Part shown: one piece after another, positions 25,552 through 35,982 of the stretch | Layout of the letters: each line of letters opens with the position of its first letter | How positions within the stretch are numbered: position 1 is the first letter of the stretch | Source: Gammaproteobacteria bacterium | Lineage (GTDB): Bacteria > Pseudomonadota > Gammaproteobacteria > GCA-001735895 | Assembly: GCA_024232855.1 (NCBI GenBank) | Contig: JAAEPH010000258.1 | Location: forward strand, 1-63,012 | Direction of reading: 5' to 3' | Length of the DNA: 63,012 nucleotides | Notes under the pieces: model-generated | Told to the model about the DNA's origin: nothing | What the model saw: the letters and a program-made list of their open reading frames with translations, nothing else | Database searches by the model: none | Position numbers and translations under genes: made by a program

Positions 25552-25677
25552 AGGCAACCGAAGAATCTCCTCATGACTTTCAGGACCGGCTGCCTCTACA
25601 CTGTTTGATTGTTTGATTGTTTGAGAAATCGAGGCCCCGATATCAACAATTAGATACTTTAAAGGCGTGGACGTAAT
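25474..25677. repeat. ~205-bp two-tier imperfect palindrome with internal 8-bp tandem repeat
   Basis: Outer arms: ATTACCGACGTCCACGCCTTAAAG (25474-25497) versus CTTTAAAGGCGTGGACGTAAT (25657-25677). Inner arms: GGGGCTTCGATTTCTCA (25517-25533) versus TGAGAAATCGAGGCCCC (25622-25638), 16/17 matching. There are also GTTTGATT x ~2.75 repeats at 25603-25624. Confidence 0.8.
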
Positions 25678-25791
25678 CCATGCCGTGACCGGCGTGGCCG
25701 TGTCGATGACGTGCTTGGCGCCGATGGTGGTCAGTGAGTAAAGCCCGCCGCCGCTCATGGTAATAGCTTCTGAATGCCCACTGCCAGCCAT
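25543..25791 (-). CDS. Hypothetical ORF downstream of lpxB, probably truncated by or running into the palindromic element
   Basis: GGAGA Shine-Dalgarno sequence 6 nt before the ATG at 25791, 17 nt after the lpxB stop. Only the first ~37 codons (MAGSGHSEAITMSGGGLYSLTTIGAKHVIDTATPVTA) lie outside the palindrome. I did not recognise a family. Confidence 0.25.
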   Translation of the reverse strand: MAGSGHSEAITMSGGGLYSLTTIGAKHVIDTATPVTAWITSTPLKYLIVDIGASISQTIKQSNSVEAAGPESHEEILRLPLR

Positions 25792-25810
25792 TAGCTTCTC
25801 CGCGAATTGC

Positions 25811-26974
25811 TCACTTGTTACTTAGTCGATCCTGTCGGTTCGTCGACATCGCCAGTACCAGTTCAGCCATGTTACGCGCACCGTTACCACTGCCCAGATT
25901 TTTGCGCACGCGTTCCAGGCCTGAGTCGATACGTGCACGATATTCACGATTTTCGAGTAAATCAAATAATTCCCGGCTGACCTTTTGCGGGTTGGCGTCC
26001 GCCTGCAGAAACTCTTTTACCACGGCCTCGCGCGCGACGATATTGACCAGCCCGATATGGGGTATGGTAAGCAGGCGACTCATGATCTGGTAGGAGAGCG
26101 ATGACATCCTGTAAAGAATGCACATCGGCACCTTGAGCAGGGCAATCTCGAGCGTAACCGTGCCGGAACATGTAGCGATCGCATCACAGCAGGAAATCAC
26201 ATCGTAAATCCCGTCCCGAGTCACGCGGACATCGGCCCCGCTATCCCGCGCCTGCCGCGAAATGTCGTCAAAATCCAGGGTCGAGGCGACCGGTAGCACG
26301 AATTTCAGTTCGGTATCCTGCTCGTGCATGCGCTTCGCGCTGGCAAACATCACCGGCAGCAGGCGGGTCACTTCACTGCGGCGGCTACCGGGAAAAAGTC
26401 CCACGACCCTGGCCTGCGTCGGAATTTCGAGCCGGGCTCTAATGGTATCGGCGGAGGCGCTGGTTTTTACCTTGTTGACCAGCGGATGCCCGACAAAACT
26501 GACCGGGATGCCGGCGGCTTCGTAGTATTGCTTTTCGAAGCGAAAGATGACCGCCATGTGATCGATCAACCGGCCGATCTTGTGGATACGTTTCGGTCGC
26601 CATGCCCAGACCTGCGGGCTGATGTAAAACAGAACCGGGATACCCAGCTCGCGCGCGTGGCGCGCCATTTTGAGATTGAACTCGGGATAGTCGACCAGCA
26701 CCAGCAGGTCGGGGAGGGTGTCGTCGAGACGTTTTTTTACGATTGTCATGGCGCGCTTGATATCGCTCCAGTGGCGTAACACTTCGACCAGGCCGATGAC
26801 GGCGATAATTGACGAATCGAAAAATACATCGACCCCAGCCCTGGTCATCTCGGAGCTACCCATACCGCTGAGTTCGATATCGGGCCGTAGCTGGCGTAAC
26901 TGTTCGACAAACTCGGCCGCGTGGGCGTCACCGGAGGCTTCTCCGGCCAGAATCATGACGTGGGGCGGTTTCAT
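25811..26974 (-). CDS. lpxB: Lipid-A-disaccharide synthase LpxB
   Basis: MKPPHVMILAGEASGD...YISPQVWAWRPKRIHKI... is colinear with E. coli LpxB. The ATG at 26974 forms an ATGA overlap with the upstream gene's stop. The ORF-track start at 27052 is rejected. Confidence 0.92.
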   Translation of the reverse strand: MKPPHVMILAGEASGDAHAAEFVEQLRQLRPDIELSGMGSSEMTRAGVDVFFDSSIIAVIGLVEVLRHWSDIKRAMTIVKKRLDDTLPDLLVLVDYPEFNLKMARHARELGIPVLFYISPQVWAWRPKRIHKIGRLIDHMAVIFRFEKQYYEAAGIPVSFVGHPLVNKVKTSASADTIRARLEIPTQARVVGLFPGSRRSEVTRLLPVMFASAKRMHEQDTELKFVLPVASTLDFDDISRQARDSGADVRVTRDGIYDVISCCDAIATCSGTVTLEIALLKVPMCILYRMSSLSYQIMSRLLTIPHIGLVNIVAREAVVKEFLQADANPQKVSRELFDLLENREYRARIDSGLERVRKNLGSGNGARNMAELVLAMSTNRQDRLSNK

Positions 26975-28062
26975 CCAGCGTCCAGCATTGCCTCGCACAC
27001 GGTTTCCACCTGCTGTGCGTTCATTTCCGGGAATATCGGAAACGACAGGCATCGCTTTGCGCAGGCCTCGGTAACCGGCAAATCCGGTTGTGCGGTATCG
27101 GCAAAGGCCTTTTGCCGATGCAGCGGAACAGGGTAATAAACGGCGCAGGCGATTTCGCGCGCGAGTACCGCCTCGCGCACCGCGTCGCGCTCGTCACAGA
27201 GCAGGGTGTACTGGTGAAAAACGTGGTCACGATCAGCGGCGATGGCGGGGGTCGTGAAGCGGCTGTCGGCGAGCAGTCGGTTATACTGCTCGGCAACCCG
27301 CAGGCGCTGTCGATTGTAATCGTCGATATGCTTGAGCTTGATGCGCAGGACGACCGCCTGCAGCTCGTCCAGGCGGCTGTTGTAGCCGATGACATCGTGA
27401 TGATACTGCCGGCTGCTGCCGTGGTTGCGCAACATTTTTATCTGCGCCGCGATTTCGTCGTCGTCGGTCGTGATCATGCCGCCGTCTCCATAGCAGCCGA
27501 GGTTCTTGCTGGGGAAAAAACTGAAGGCGCCGACGCAGCCGAGGCTGCCGGTCATCTTGCCGCGATAACGACTGCCGAAGGATTGCGCGCAATCCTCGAT
27601 CAGCAGTAGCCCGAATTCGTCGGCCAGCGCCATGATCTCTTCCATGTCCGCGGGTTGCCCGAACAGGTGGACCGGTAGAATCGCCCGGGTTCGGGGCGTG
27701 ATCGCCGCGCGTATTTTTGCGGGGTCGATATTGAAACTGTGCGCTTCGATGTCGACGAACACGGGAATGGCGCCGATGTAGCGAATGGCCTCCGCGGTGG
27801 CGATGAAGGTAAATGCGCTGGTGATGATTTCGTCACCCGCCTGTATGCCGGCGGCCAGCAGGGCGAGGTGCAGAGCGTCGGTGCCGGAGGCGCAGCTGAT
27901 GGCATGATTGACGCCGAGGTATTGCGCCGCTTCCTGGTCGAAGGCCAGCACGTTGGGGCCGAGTATGTAACGAGTCTCGGCGAGCGCCTGCAAAATCGCG
28001 CTGTCAATTTCGGGTTTGAGCGTTTCGTACTGACCTTTCAGGTCGACCATGGGTATGTTCAT
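26971..28062 (-). CDS. DegT/DnrJ/EryC1-family PLP aminotransferase, GnnB-like (UDP-3-keto-GlcNAc aminotransferase candidate)
   Basis: MNIPMVDLKGQYETLK..., SGTDALHLAL, FSFFPSKNLG (PLP Lys), NSRLDELQAVVL. It is translationally coupled to lpxB and to the upstream Gfo/Idh/MocA gene. Confidence 0.8.
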   Translation of the reverse strand: MNIPMVDLKGQYETLKPEIDSAILQALAETRYILGPNVLAFDQEAAQYLGVNHAISCASGTDALHLALLAAGIQAGDEIITSAFTFIATAEAIRYIGAIPVFVDIEAHSFNIDPAKIRAAITPRTRAILPVHLFGQPADMEEIMALADEFGLLLIEDCAQSFGSRYRGKMTGSLGCVGAFSFFPSKNLGCYGDGGMITTDDDEIAAQIKMLRNHGSSRQYHHDVIGYNSRLDELQAVVLRIKLKHIDDYNRQRLRVAEQYNRLLADSRFTTPAIAADRDHVFHQYTLLCDERDAVREAVLAREIACAVYYPVPLHRQKAFADTAQPDLPVTEACAKRCLSFPIFPEMNAQQVETVCEAMLDAG

Positions 28063-29003
28063 TGTGAATCCTTTATTTGCCGGGTAATGGCGATGGCGGT
28101 CTCGAGTGCGCGCCTGCCGTCTTCACCGTTGACCAGCGGCCGCCTGTTAGCGTTGATGGCATCGATAAAATCGAGCACCTCGAGGTTGAGGGCGTCGTTG
28201 TCTTCGAAGCGGAGCTCCTCGTGGCTGATGTCTTTAAAGCCTTCCGTATTGTTGGTTTCGCCCTTGCAATTGAGCGCGAGGATCTTTTCCTGAAAATCGG
28301 CGGACAGGTAGGCATTCTTCTGGAAAATGCGCAGCTTGCGCTCGCGCTTGCGGCTGATGCGGCTGGCGGTGACGTTGGCAACGCACCGGTTTTCGAACTC
28401 GATGCGCGCGTTGGCGATATCGATAGTGTCCGATAACACCGAAATTCCGCTGGCGGAAATATGTTTGACCGGGCTGTCGATCAAATCGAGTATGATGTCG
28501 ATATCATGGATCATCAGGTCAAGGATAACGCTCACGTCGGTGGCGCGCAGGCTGAATGGCGCCAGCCGTGTTGACTCCAGAAACAACGGCTGGTGCAAGT
28601 GCTTCTCGATACCGATCATGACGCTGTTGAAACGCTCGATATGTCCGACCTGCAGCACCAGCCCCTTGTCGCGCGCGATTTCGATCAGGCTGGTGGCCTC
28701 GGCCACGGTTTCAGTCATCGGTTTTTCGATCAGACAGTGAATTCCCGCTTCCAGAAATTCGCGTGCGATTTTATAATGCAGGCTGGTCGGCACCACGATA
28801 CTGATTGCATCCACCAGGGGGATGATGTCGCGGTAATCGGAATAGGCATCGGCGCCGTGTTTGTGTGCGATTTCGCGGGCATTTTCGATATTCGTATCGA
28901 CCACGGCCACCAGCTGGCAAGCCGCGCAGGCCGCATATTTGTCAGCGTGCCATTTGCCGAGATGACCGACACCAACAACAGCAACCTTGAGTATTTGAGA
29001 CAT
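28059..29003 (-). CDS. Gfo/Idh/MocA-family NAD oxidoreductase, GnnA-like (UDP-GlcNAc 3-dehydrogenase candidate)
   Basis: Rossmann N-terminus MSQILKVAVVGVGHLGKWH and the EKPM motif. I chose the ATG at 29003. The ORF-track extension to 29222 would overlap rnhB and is low-complexity. Confidence 0.78.
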   Translation of the reverse strand: MSQILKVAVVGVGHLGKWHADKYAACAACQLVAVVDTNIENAREIAHKHGADAYSDYRDIIPLVDAISIVVPTSLHYKIAREFLEAGIHCLIEKPMTETVAEATSLIEIARDKGLVLQVGHIERFNSVMIGIEKHLHQPLFLESTRLAPFSLRATDVSVILDLMIHDIDIILDLIDSPVKHISASGISVLSDTIDIANARIEFENRCVANVTASRISRKRERKLRIFQKNAYLSADFQEKILALNCKGETNNTEGFKDISHEELRFEDNDALNLEVLDFIDAINANRRPLVNGEDGRRALETAIAITRQIKDSQ

Positions 29004-29037
29004 AGTGGCAGGGGTAAATTGAAACGGCGCATTATAT

Positions 29038-29622
29038 ATGGATGAAAACCCAATTGCTAAGCTTGTTGCCGGAGTCGACGAAGCGGGGCGGGGGCCGCTG
29101 GCGGGTTCGGTGGTTGCCGCCGCGGTGATACTGGATGCGGCCAGGCCGATCGACGGGTTAACCGATTCCAAGAAACTGTCGGCCGCAAGGCGAGCGACGC
29201 TCGAACAGGAAATCAAGCTCAAGGCCAGGGCCTGGTCGGTCGCTGAATCCAGTCAGGGTGAGGTCGATGAGATCAATGTCCTGCAGGCCAGCCTGCTGGC
29301 GATGAAACGCGCCCTGCTGGCACTGGATGTCAAACCCGAACAGGTGCTCGTCGATGGCAATCGCCTGCCCTCCGTCGCCGGTTACCACATGCTTGCCATC
29401 GTCGGTGGTGACCTCTCCGAGCCCTGCATATCAGCCGCTTCGATACTCGCCAAGGAGTTCCGCGACCGCCAGATGCTGGAACTCGACCGCCTCTACCCGC
29501 AGTACTGCTTTGCACAACACAAAGGCTACCCAACCGCCCTTCATCGCGAGCTACTGAAAAAACACGGCGTCTCCCCGGTGCACCGTAAAAGTTTCCGGCC
29601 CGTCAGGGAGTTGCTGCCGTGA
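29038..29622 (+). CDS. rnhB: Ribonuclease HII
   Basis: [23 protein letters not shown]...DSKKLS... It sits in the conserved position before dnaE. Confidence 0.94.
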   Translation: MDENPIAKLVAGVDEAGRGPLAGSVVAAAVILDAARPIDGLTDSKKLSAARRATLEQEIKLKARAWSVAESSQGEVDEINVLQASLLAMKRALLALDVKPEQVLVDGNRLPSVAGYHMLAIVGGDLSEPCISAASILAKEFRDRQMLELDRLYPQYCFAQHKGYPTALHRELLKKHGVSPVHRKSFRPVRELLP

Positions 29623-32600
29623 GCAACCGATTCGTGCACCTGCACCTGCACAGCGAGTACTCGTTACAGGACAGCACGCTACGCCTGAAGCCGATGCTGC
29701 AGCAGGTACGAGAACGCGGCATGGGGGCAGTTGCCCTGACCGACCTCAGCAACATGTTCGCCGTGGTCAAGCATTACCGGGCGGCAACCTCCATGGGGGT
29801 CAAACCGATCTTCGGCGCCGATGTCTGGATCCATCATCCCGAGCGTCCCGACGGGCTCAGTCGCCTGGTCCTCCTGTGTCAGAACGAGCAGGGTTACCTG
29901 AACCTGAAGAAGCTCATTTCACGCGCTTACCAGGAAGGGCAGACGGCGGATCGCGCGACCGTACAGATCGACTGGTTGCGCAATGCCAGCGATGGCCTGA
30001 TTGCGTTATCCGCGTGCCTGGAAGGCGACATTGGCCTCGCGCTCAGGTCGCAAAACATGGAACTGGCTGAATCCTGTCTGCGCGAATGGCTGGCGATATT
30101 CGACAATCGCTTCTTTCTCGAGTTACAACGCACCGGGCGCGCGCGCGAAGAAGCCTACATCGCGCAGGCGGTGACCTGGTCAGAAGCACTGCAGGTCCCG
30201 GTTGTCGCTACCAACGACGTGCGCTTTGTCAATGCCGATGATTTCGAGGCGCACGAAGTCAGGGTCTGTATCTGCACCGGTTTCACGCTCGAAGACGAGC
30301 GCCGGCCGAAACTCTTTTCGCCGCAACAATACCTGCGATCGGCCGACGAAATGGTCGAGTTGTTTGCCGATATTCCGGAAGCGACGGCCAATTCGGTCGC
30401 TATCGCCAATGCCTGCAACCTGCGTCTCAAGCTGGATGAAGCCTACCTGCCCGAGTACCCGATACCGGACGGATACAACACCGACAGTTACCTGCGCCAC
30501 GTCGCCGCGCAGGGTCTCGACCGGCGCATCGAATTTTTGCAGCAACAACTACCTGCCGGTAAGACGCTGGATCGCGTGCCTTACGACGAACGTCTTAAGA
30601 TCGAACTCGACGTCATTGTCGAAATGGGATTTCCGGGCTACTTTCTGATCGTCATGGACTTCATCGCATGGGCTAAACGGCAGGCGATTCCGGTCGGGCC
30701 GGGGCGGGGTTCTGGTGCCGGCTCGCTGGTCGCCTATGCCCTCGATATCACCGATCTCGATCCGCTCGCCTACGAATTGCTGTTTGAGCGTTTCCTCAAC
30801 CCCGAACGCGTCTCCATGCCGGATTTCGATATCGACTTTTGCATGGATCGGCGCGACGAGGTCATCGAGTATGTCGCTGATCACTACGGGCGCAACCAGG
30901 TTTCACAGATCATTACCTATGGCAGCATGGCCGCGAAGGCGGTAATTCGGGATGTCGGCAGGGTCATGTCACATCCTTATGGCTTCGTCGATCGTATCGC
31001 CAAGCTGGTTCCCTTCGAGGTCGGTATAACGCTCGACAAGGCGTTGGAGCAGGAAGAAGCGCTGCTCGAACTCTACCAGCAGGAAGAAGAGGTCACCATG
31101 CTGATCGATATGGCGCGTTCGCTGGAAGGCCTGACGCGTAACGTCGGCAAGCACGCTGGTGGTGTCGTCATCTCACCCAGTGATTTGACCGATTTTACGC
31201 CGCTGTACTGTGAACAGGGCGGTGCCGGGCTGGTGTCGCAGTACGACAAGGATGACGTCGAAGCCGTGGGACTGGTCAAGTTCGACTTTCTCGGCCTGCG
31301 TACGCTGACCATCATCGACTGGGCGGTACGCGCGATCAACGCTCGACGCGGTGACGATAAGCTCGAGATCGAGCGTATTCCGCTGGACGATGCCGATAGC
31401 TTCAGGTTATTGCAGGCCTACCAGACCACCGCGGTTTTTCAGCTTGAATCGCGCGGCATGAAGGATTTGATTCGACGCATGCAACCCGACAGTTTCGAAG
31501 ACATAATCGCCCTGGTTGCATTGTTTCGGCCGGGACCGTTGCAGTCAGGCATGGTCGATGACTTCATCGATCGCAAGCATGGTCGCTCGCGGGTCGAGTA
31601 TCCGCACCCGGCGCTGGAAACAATTCTCGAGCCCACCTACGGTGTCATCCTGTACCAGGAGCAGGTCATGCAAATTGCCCAGGTACTGGCCGGATACACT
31701 CTCGGCGGCGCTGATATGTTGCGGCGCGCGATGGGCAAGAAAAAACCCGAAGAGATGGAAAAGCAACGCGCTATTTTTACCGAGGGCGCGGTCGCCAACC
31801 AGGTTGAACCGGCCACTGCCACCTACATTTTCGACCTCATGGAAAAGTTTGCAGGCTATGGTTTCAACAAGTCGCATTCGGCCGGTTACGCGCTGGTTTC
31901 CTACCAGACCGCCTGGCTCAAGGCACATTACCCGGCCGAATTCATGTCCGCGGTGCTATCCGCGGACATGGATAACACCGACAAGATCGTCACCCTGATC
32001 GACGAGTGCCGGAGCATGAAGCTCGACGTTCGCCCCCCGGACATCAATCGCTCGAATTACCAGTTTACCGCGGGTGAAGGCGGGGAGATTTTTTATGGCC
32101 TGGGCGCGATCAAGGGGGTCGGCAAGGGTGTGATCGAGAGCCTCATCGAAACCCGCTCACAGCTGGCCTATGGTTCCCTCGATGATTTCTGCAAGCGTAT
32201 CGATTCACAGAAGTCGAGCCGCAAACTGATCGAGGCCCTGATCAAGGGCGGTGCGATGGACAGTTTCAGTGACAACCGCGCGGCGCTGATGGCGCACCTG
32301 CCTTATGCCTTACAGGCGGCCGAGCAGCAGCAAAACAATCTCGATGCAGGCATCAACGACATGTTCGACAGCATCGCACCGGTTAGCGAGGCCGAACCGG
32401 AATTGCCGCAATGCCAGTGCTGGGACGAAAAGCAGCGCCTGACGCTGGAAAAAGAAGCCCTCGGCCTGTTCCTGACGGGACATCCGCTGGCCATGGTCGA
32501 GGCTGAAATCCGCCAGTTTGCCCCGACCCGGCTCGGGCAGTGGCTCGAAAAACTCGATAACGGCGGTAGTGGCGGCGGCGGTGAACGCTTTCGCCAGAAG

Positions 32601-33107
32601 GAACAGGACACCCGGGTCTGCGGGCTGGTTGTCGATATTCGCATGCGCAACGGTTTCAGGGGTCGCGAGGCATTCGTCACCCTCGATGACCGCAGCGGCC
32701 GCGTCGATGTGCGCGTGTCCCCGGACATGCTGGCGCAAATTGAAGCCATCATACAAAAGGACCTGATTTGGGTGGTTGATGGCGGAATCGCCTACGACGA
32801 TTTCAACAATGGCATCAAGCTGCGCGCCAGCAGAGTGCAGTTATTGGATGACTACCGCGTCGGCAATGCCCGCGCCCTGCACATTCGCCTGCACGCGCCG
32901 GCCGAGCAGCAGCTCGACGATGTCATCGAGGTGCTCGAGAGTTACCGCGGTAGCGACGCGATGCCGGTCGTGTTTCACCTGCGCCGTGAAGACTACGACT
33001 ACCAGTTGCGCACCAATGGCGGCTGGTCGTTAAAACCGGACGAACAGTGCCTGCTGTCGCTGCAACGCTGCCTCAAACAGGCTGAATTCTACTTCGAGTA
33101 CCAGTAA
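29619..33107 (+). CDS. dnaE: DNA polymerase III alpha subunit
   Basis: 1162 aa. PHP domain [12 protein letters not shown] and [21 protein letters not shown]. The GTG start forms a GTGA overlap with the rnhB stop. Confidence 0.97.
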   Translation: MSNRFVHLHLHSEYSLQDSTLRLKPMLQQVRERGMGAVALTDLSNMFAVVKHYRAATSMGVKPIFGADVWIHHPERPDGLSRLVLLCQNEQGYLNLKKLISRAYQEGQTADRATVQIDWLRNASDGLIALSACLEGDIGLALRSQNMELAESCLREWLAIFDNRFFLELQRTGRAREEAYIAQAVTWSEALQVPVVATNDVRFVNADDFEAHEVRVCICTGFTLEDERRPKLFSPQQYLRSADEMVELFADIPEATANSVAIANACNLRLKLDEAYLPEYPIPDGYNTDSYLRHVAAQGLDRRIEFLQQQLPAGKTLDRVPYDERLKIELDVIVEMGFPGYFLIVMDFIAWAKRQAIPVGPGRGSGAGSLVAYALDITDLDPLAYELLFERFLNPERVSMPDFDIDFCMDRRDEVIEYVADHYGRNQVSQIITYGSMAAKAVIRDVGRVMSHPYGFVDRIAKLVPFEVGITLDKALEQEEALLELYQQEEEVTMLIDMARSLEGLTRNVGKHAGGVVISPSDLTDFTPLYCEQGGAGLVSQYDKDDVEAVGLVKFDFLGLRTLTIIDWAVRAINARRGDDKLEIERIPLDDADSFRLLQAYQTTAVFQLESRGMKDLIRRMQPDSFEDIIALVALFRPGPLQSGMVDDFIDRKHGRSRVEYPHPALETILEPTYGVILYQEQVMQIAQVLAGYTLGGADMLRRAMGKKKPEEMEKQRAIFTEGAVANQVEPATATYIFDLMEKFAGYGFNKSHSAGYALVSYQTAWLKAHYPAEFMSAVLSADMDNTDKIVTLIDECRSMKLDVRPPDINRSNYQFTAGEGGEIFYGLGAIKGVGKGVIESLIETRSQLAYGSLDDFCKRIDSQKSSRKLIEALIKGGAMDSFSDNRAALMAHLPYALQAAEQQQNNLDAGINDMFDSIAPVSEAEPELPQCQCWDEKQRLTLEKEALGLFLTGHPLAMVEAEIRQFAPTRLGQWLEKLDNGGSGGGGERFRQKEQDTRVCGLVVDIRMRNGFRGREAFVTLDDRSGRVDVRVSPDMLAQIEAIIQKDLIWVVDGGIAYDDFNNGIKLRASRVQLLDDYRVGNARALHIRLHAPAEQQLDDVIEVLESYRGSDAMPVVFHLRREDYDYQLRTNGGWSLKPDEQCLLSLQRCLKQAEFYFEYQ

Positions 33108-33123
33108 CGATCCGCCTGGCCGC

Positions 33124-35982
33124 TCACGCGCGAATACGGCGGTAGTACAGATAAGCGAGCAACCCGGCCAAAAGCAACCACCAGGGTGGCTCCGAGGTTT
33201 GTTGTTCGCCTTCGAACTCCAGCCCGCTGTGGTTTTTCAACGACTGCGCTTCCTTGCGCTGTAGCATCTCCCATTGCGATGCTGCCTCGACGGCAATCAA
33301 TGACGTCGTGGGGATTAACATGCCTTTGCCGCGGCTCATGCCCAGCAAAGCTTGTCGCGCGGATTCGAGATGTGCCGGATTCAAACTCAGATTGCGCCAT
33401 TCGATCCAGATTGCAACCAGTTCCGGCCAAACGGGATTTATTGCGTCACCCGCTTGCGGAACTGCCTGCGTAAAAACAAACCGGTTGGTTTCAGGATCGA
33501 AAATCTGCATCGGTCTGGAACCCGGCGCCTCCACGATCGAATTTTGTCGAGCGGCAAGAATCCTGAGCTTGCTGTTTATTTTCAACGCCACGACATTTTT
33601 CGTGAATCCTTCTTCGAGCCCTGTTTCGGATGATATAGGCACCGCCCGTAATCCATCCCGATCGAAGCGATACCAGCGCTGCATATCGGGAATGAGCCTG
33701 TGCCATTGATCCAGCGCCACCACCTGGTCGACGGCCTTTTTTCTGCCTTCGAGCACGGCGAACACGGGGCGCTGCTGGAAAGATTGGTCACTGATCGATT
33801 CGTGATAGCGCATCATTTCCGATGCCAGGGCCTGCTCCAACCATAGCCCGCCAGCCTCGGGTAGTTGAATACTGTCGATGTAACGCATTATTGTGTCCCG
33901 GTCGCCGGCGTCCAGAAACTCACCTGCAAACGGTTTCGACAGGGTTATATTCGCCGCGGTGACCTTGAGTCTGGAAATGCCCAGCTGTTCGCTCGCTGCA
34001 ACAATTCTTGCAACGTAGTCCGCCGTATCGAGTCTGGACTCCTTCGAATAGTCGAGGATCACATGCAGATAAGTGCTTCTTTGCAGCGCATGCGCTTCGA
34101 GCAGGCCGGCATCAAGTAAAACCCCCCGGGCGGATGCGATCGAAGGTCCGGGGATATCCGGGTTCAGGTCAATGGATTGCTGACGAAGGCTGATATTCGC
34201 ATTCATCTGCGGGTGAAAGTCGAAATCCAGCTCAACTTCGCGTAACCCGCTTGCCGGGAAGGGATAAAGTCGCAGTTCCGCCAATCCGGAGGTTTTATAG
34301 TACAACAGCGCAGGATCCCGCCTGACTTCGGTGATTTTTTGAAAGACCCATTGCGCGGTTTTACGATCGAATATCCGTCCGCTGACCCATTCGTCGCCAA
34401 TCTTCAGCCGGAGCCCGGTGACAAAAACGCCCTCAGGTAATGCCAGATCGCCGACAAACAGGCTGTGTACATCGCTCGTCTGGTTCAACAGGTTCAACCT
34501 CAAGGTGACTTGCCCCGGTGCCAAATTTCGCAGCGCGGTCGATTGCACAATAACGTCCCGATTCGGTGCAACCGGTTGCGGACGGAAAAAACGTCGACGA
34601 TTGTTGTCGAAATTACCGAAAACGGATAGCTGTCGCCGGGGTGGTGCTTGGTTGGTCAGCAATCGGTAAAGGCGCGCAATTTTTGCATCGGTCAAGACCA
34701 GGTCGCCAAAAACTACGCTGTTATAAAAAGCGGACAGATAGGGAAGCTGTAGACCGGCTTTTCGATCGTGCAGTTCGATCAGCGCCTTTGCCGACCGGCT
34801 CATCTGCCGGACCGTCAGGCCTTCTTCCTGCAGGTCATGCGAATAAAAATAGTCCAGGCTGGTATCCAGCGCGCGTTTATCCAGCAACGCCTCCAGGTAA
34901 AAGCCCATGGGCAAAACGAGCAAGCCGGCAAAGCAACAGCCCAGCGCTTTTTTGCGACCCAGCTTGTCGCTGGCCAGGTGAAAGTCCTGCAAAGTCACCT
35001 GGCTCTGGAACAGGCCCAGCGCCAGCGGCGTCAACATCAGAAAACCCATACCGACGACCATGATCGCCAGCAGCGACAAGGGCAGAAACGGCAGAAACAC
35101 GATAAAAAAGTAAGCGATGAACGGGAAGGTGAGGCACCTTAAAAACAATCGCGTCGCGATAAAATTCGGTACCCCGGGTTTCAGCATCAATACCGCCCCG
35201 TTGAGCAATGTAAACAGATAAACCGCCGGGTCCTGGAAATCGACCGGAAACGAAATTGTGTGGTTGAGCGACAGGCCTGCTATCGGTGCCGCAACGCCAA
35301 GCAACGCGGCAAATATGTTATGTCTCTGTATCAGTCCCAGGACCGAATTCTTATGCGCTAGGTGATCGAACAGGCGAATAATCGATCCCAGGAACGCAAC
35401 GACTATCAGCGTCGCGATGACGATACTGATCACCACTGTGAACTGCCCCAGCCAAAAGGGTTGCAGGAGCACCACAAACAGATACCAGATCACCGGCGCG
35501 CCAAGCACGGTGCTCACCAGTATCGGCGTGCGCAGCGAGTCTTGTACACGGGAGAAAAAATAGTTCGTCAAGGCGTAGAGCGACAAAAAAGCGCCTGGCA
35601 TCAACAGGGTTATCGTCCATCGTCCGACATTTCCTTCGTTCAAAATCCAGGGTTGAATCGAATCCGGAATGACGCCTAGCCCGTAAGCCAAGAACAGCCA
35701 CATGGCGATAACATGCACGAGTAGCGAAAACAGCATCAATTTCCAGCCAACCTGGAAACATCTTTGGTGAGACAACCAGATCAACAGGGCAAATACAGCA
35801 AGCATGACAAGCGCCACGACAAGAACCAGCGATGCAGTCACGGCTTGCTCGCGGTTGGCTTCAGCGCCGATTAATGCCCATGCGCGGGTATTCAGGATCA
35901 GTAACAGGGATTGCGGAATCAGAAACCCGAAAATCAGGGCCAGCGAAACCGGCTTCAGCGTTATTCGATCAGGTGTTTGCAT
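33124..35982 (-). CDS. Large polytopic membrane protein with VIT-like ectodomain and C-terminal SEP-CTERM (MSEP-CTERM-like) exosortase sorting signal
   Basis: There are about 10 or more hydrophobic helices in the first ~420 aa. A central beta-rich block (ALPEGVFVTGLRLKIGDEWVSGRIFDRKTAQWVFQKI...ELRLYPFPASGLREVELDF) resembles a VIT domain. The extreme C-terminus is TSEPPWWLLLAGLLAYLYYRRIRA, i.e. a PEP-like motif, a TM helix and a basic cluster. The start is 35982 (ATG) or 36024. Confidence 0.8.
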   Translation of the reverse strand: MQTPDRITLKPVSLALIFGFLIPQSLLLILNTRAWALIGAEANREQAVTASLVLVVALVMLAVFALLIWLSHQRCFQVGWKLMLFSLLVHVIAMWLFLAYGLGVIPDSIQPWILNEGNVGRWTITLLMPGAFLSLYALTNYFFSRVQDSLRTPILVSTVLGAPVIWYLFVVLLQPFWLGQFTVVISIVIATLIVVAFLGSIIRLFDHLAHKNSVLGLIQRHNIFAALLGVAAPIAGLSLNHTISFPVDFQDPAVYLFTLLNGAVLMLKPGVPNFIATRLFLRCLTFPFIAYFFIVFLPFLPLSLLAIMVVGMGFLMLTPLALGLFQSQVTLQDFHLASDKLGRKKALGCCFAGLLVLPMGFYLEALLDKRALDTSLDYFYSHDLQEEGLTVRQMSRSAKALIELHDRKAGLQLPYLSAFYNSVVFGDLVLTDAKIARLYRLLTNQAPPRRQLSVFGNFDNNRRRFFRPQPVAPNRDVIVQSTALRNLAPGQVTLRLNLLNQTSDVHSLFVGDLALPEGVFVTGLRLKIGDEWVSGRIFDRKTAQWVFQKITEVRRDPALLYYKTSGLAELRLYPFPASGLREVELDFDFHPQMNANISLRQQSIDLNPDIPGPSIASARGVLLDAGLLEAHALQRSTYLHVILDYSKESRLDTADYVARIVAASEQLGISRLKVTAANITLSKPFAGEFLDAGDRDTIMRYIDSIQLPEAGGLWLEQALASEMMRYHESISDQSFQQRPVFAVLEGRKKAVDQVVALDQWHRLIPDMQRWYRFDRDGLRAVPISSETGLEEGFTKNVVALKINSKLRILAARQNSIVEAPGSRPMQIFDPETNRFVFTQAVPQAGDAINPVWPELVAIWIEWRNLSLNPAHLESARQALLGMSRGKGMLIPTTSLIAVEAASQWEMLQRKEAQSLKNHSGLEFEGEQQTSEPPWWLLLAGLLAYLYYRRIRA

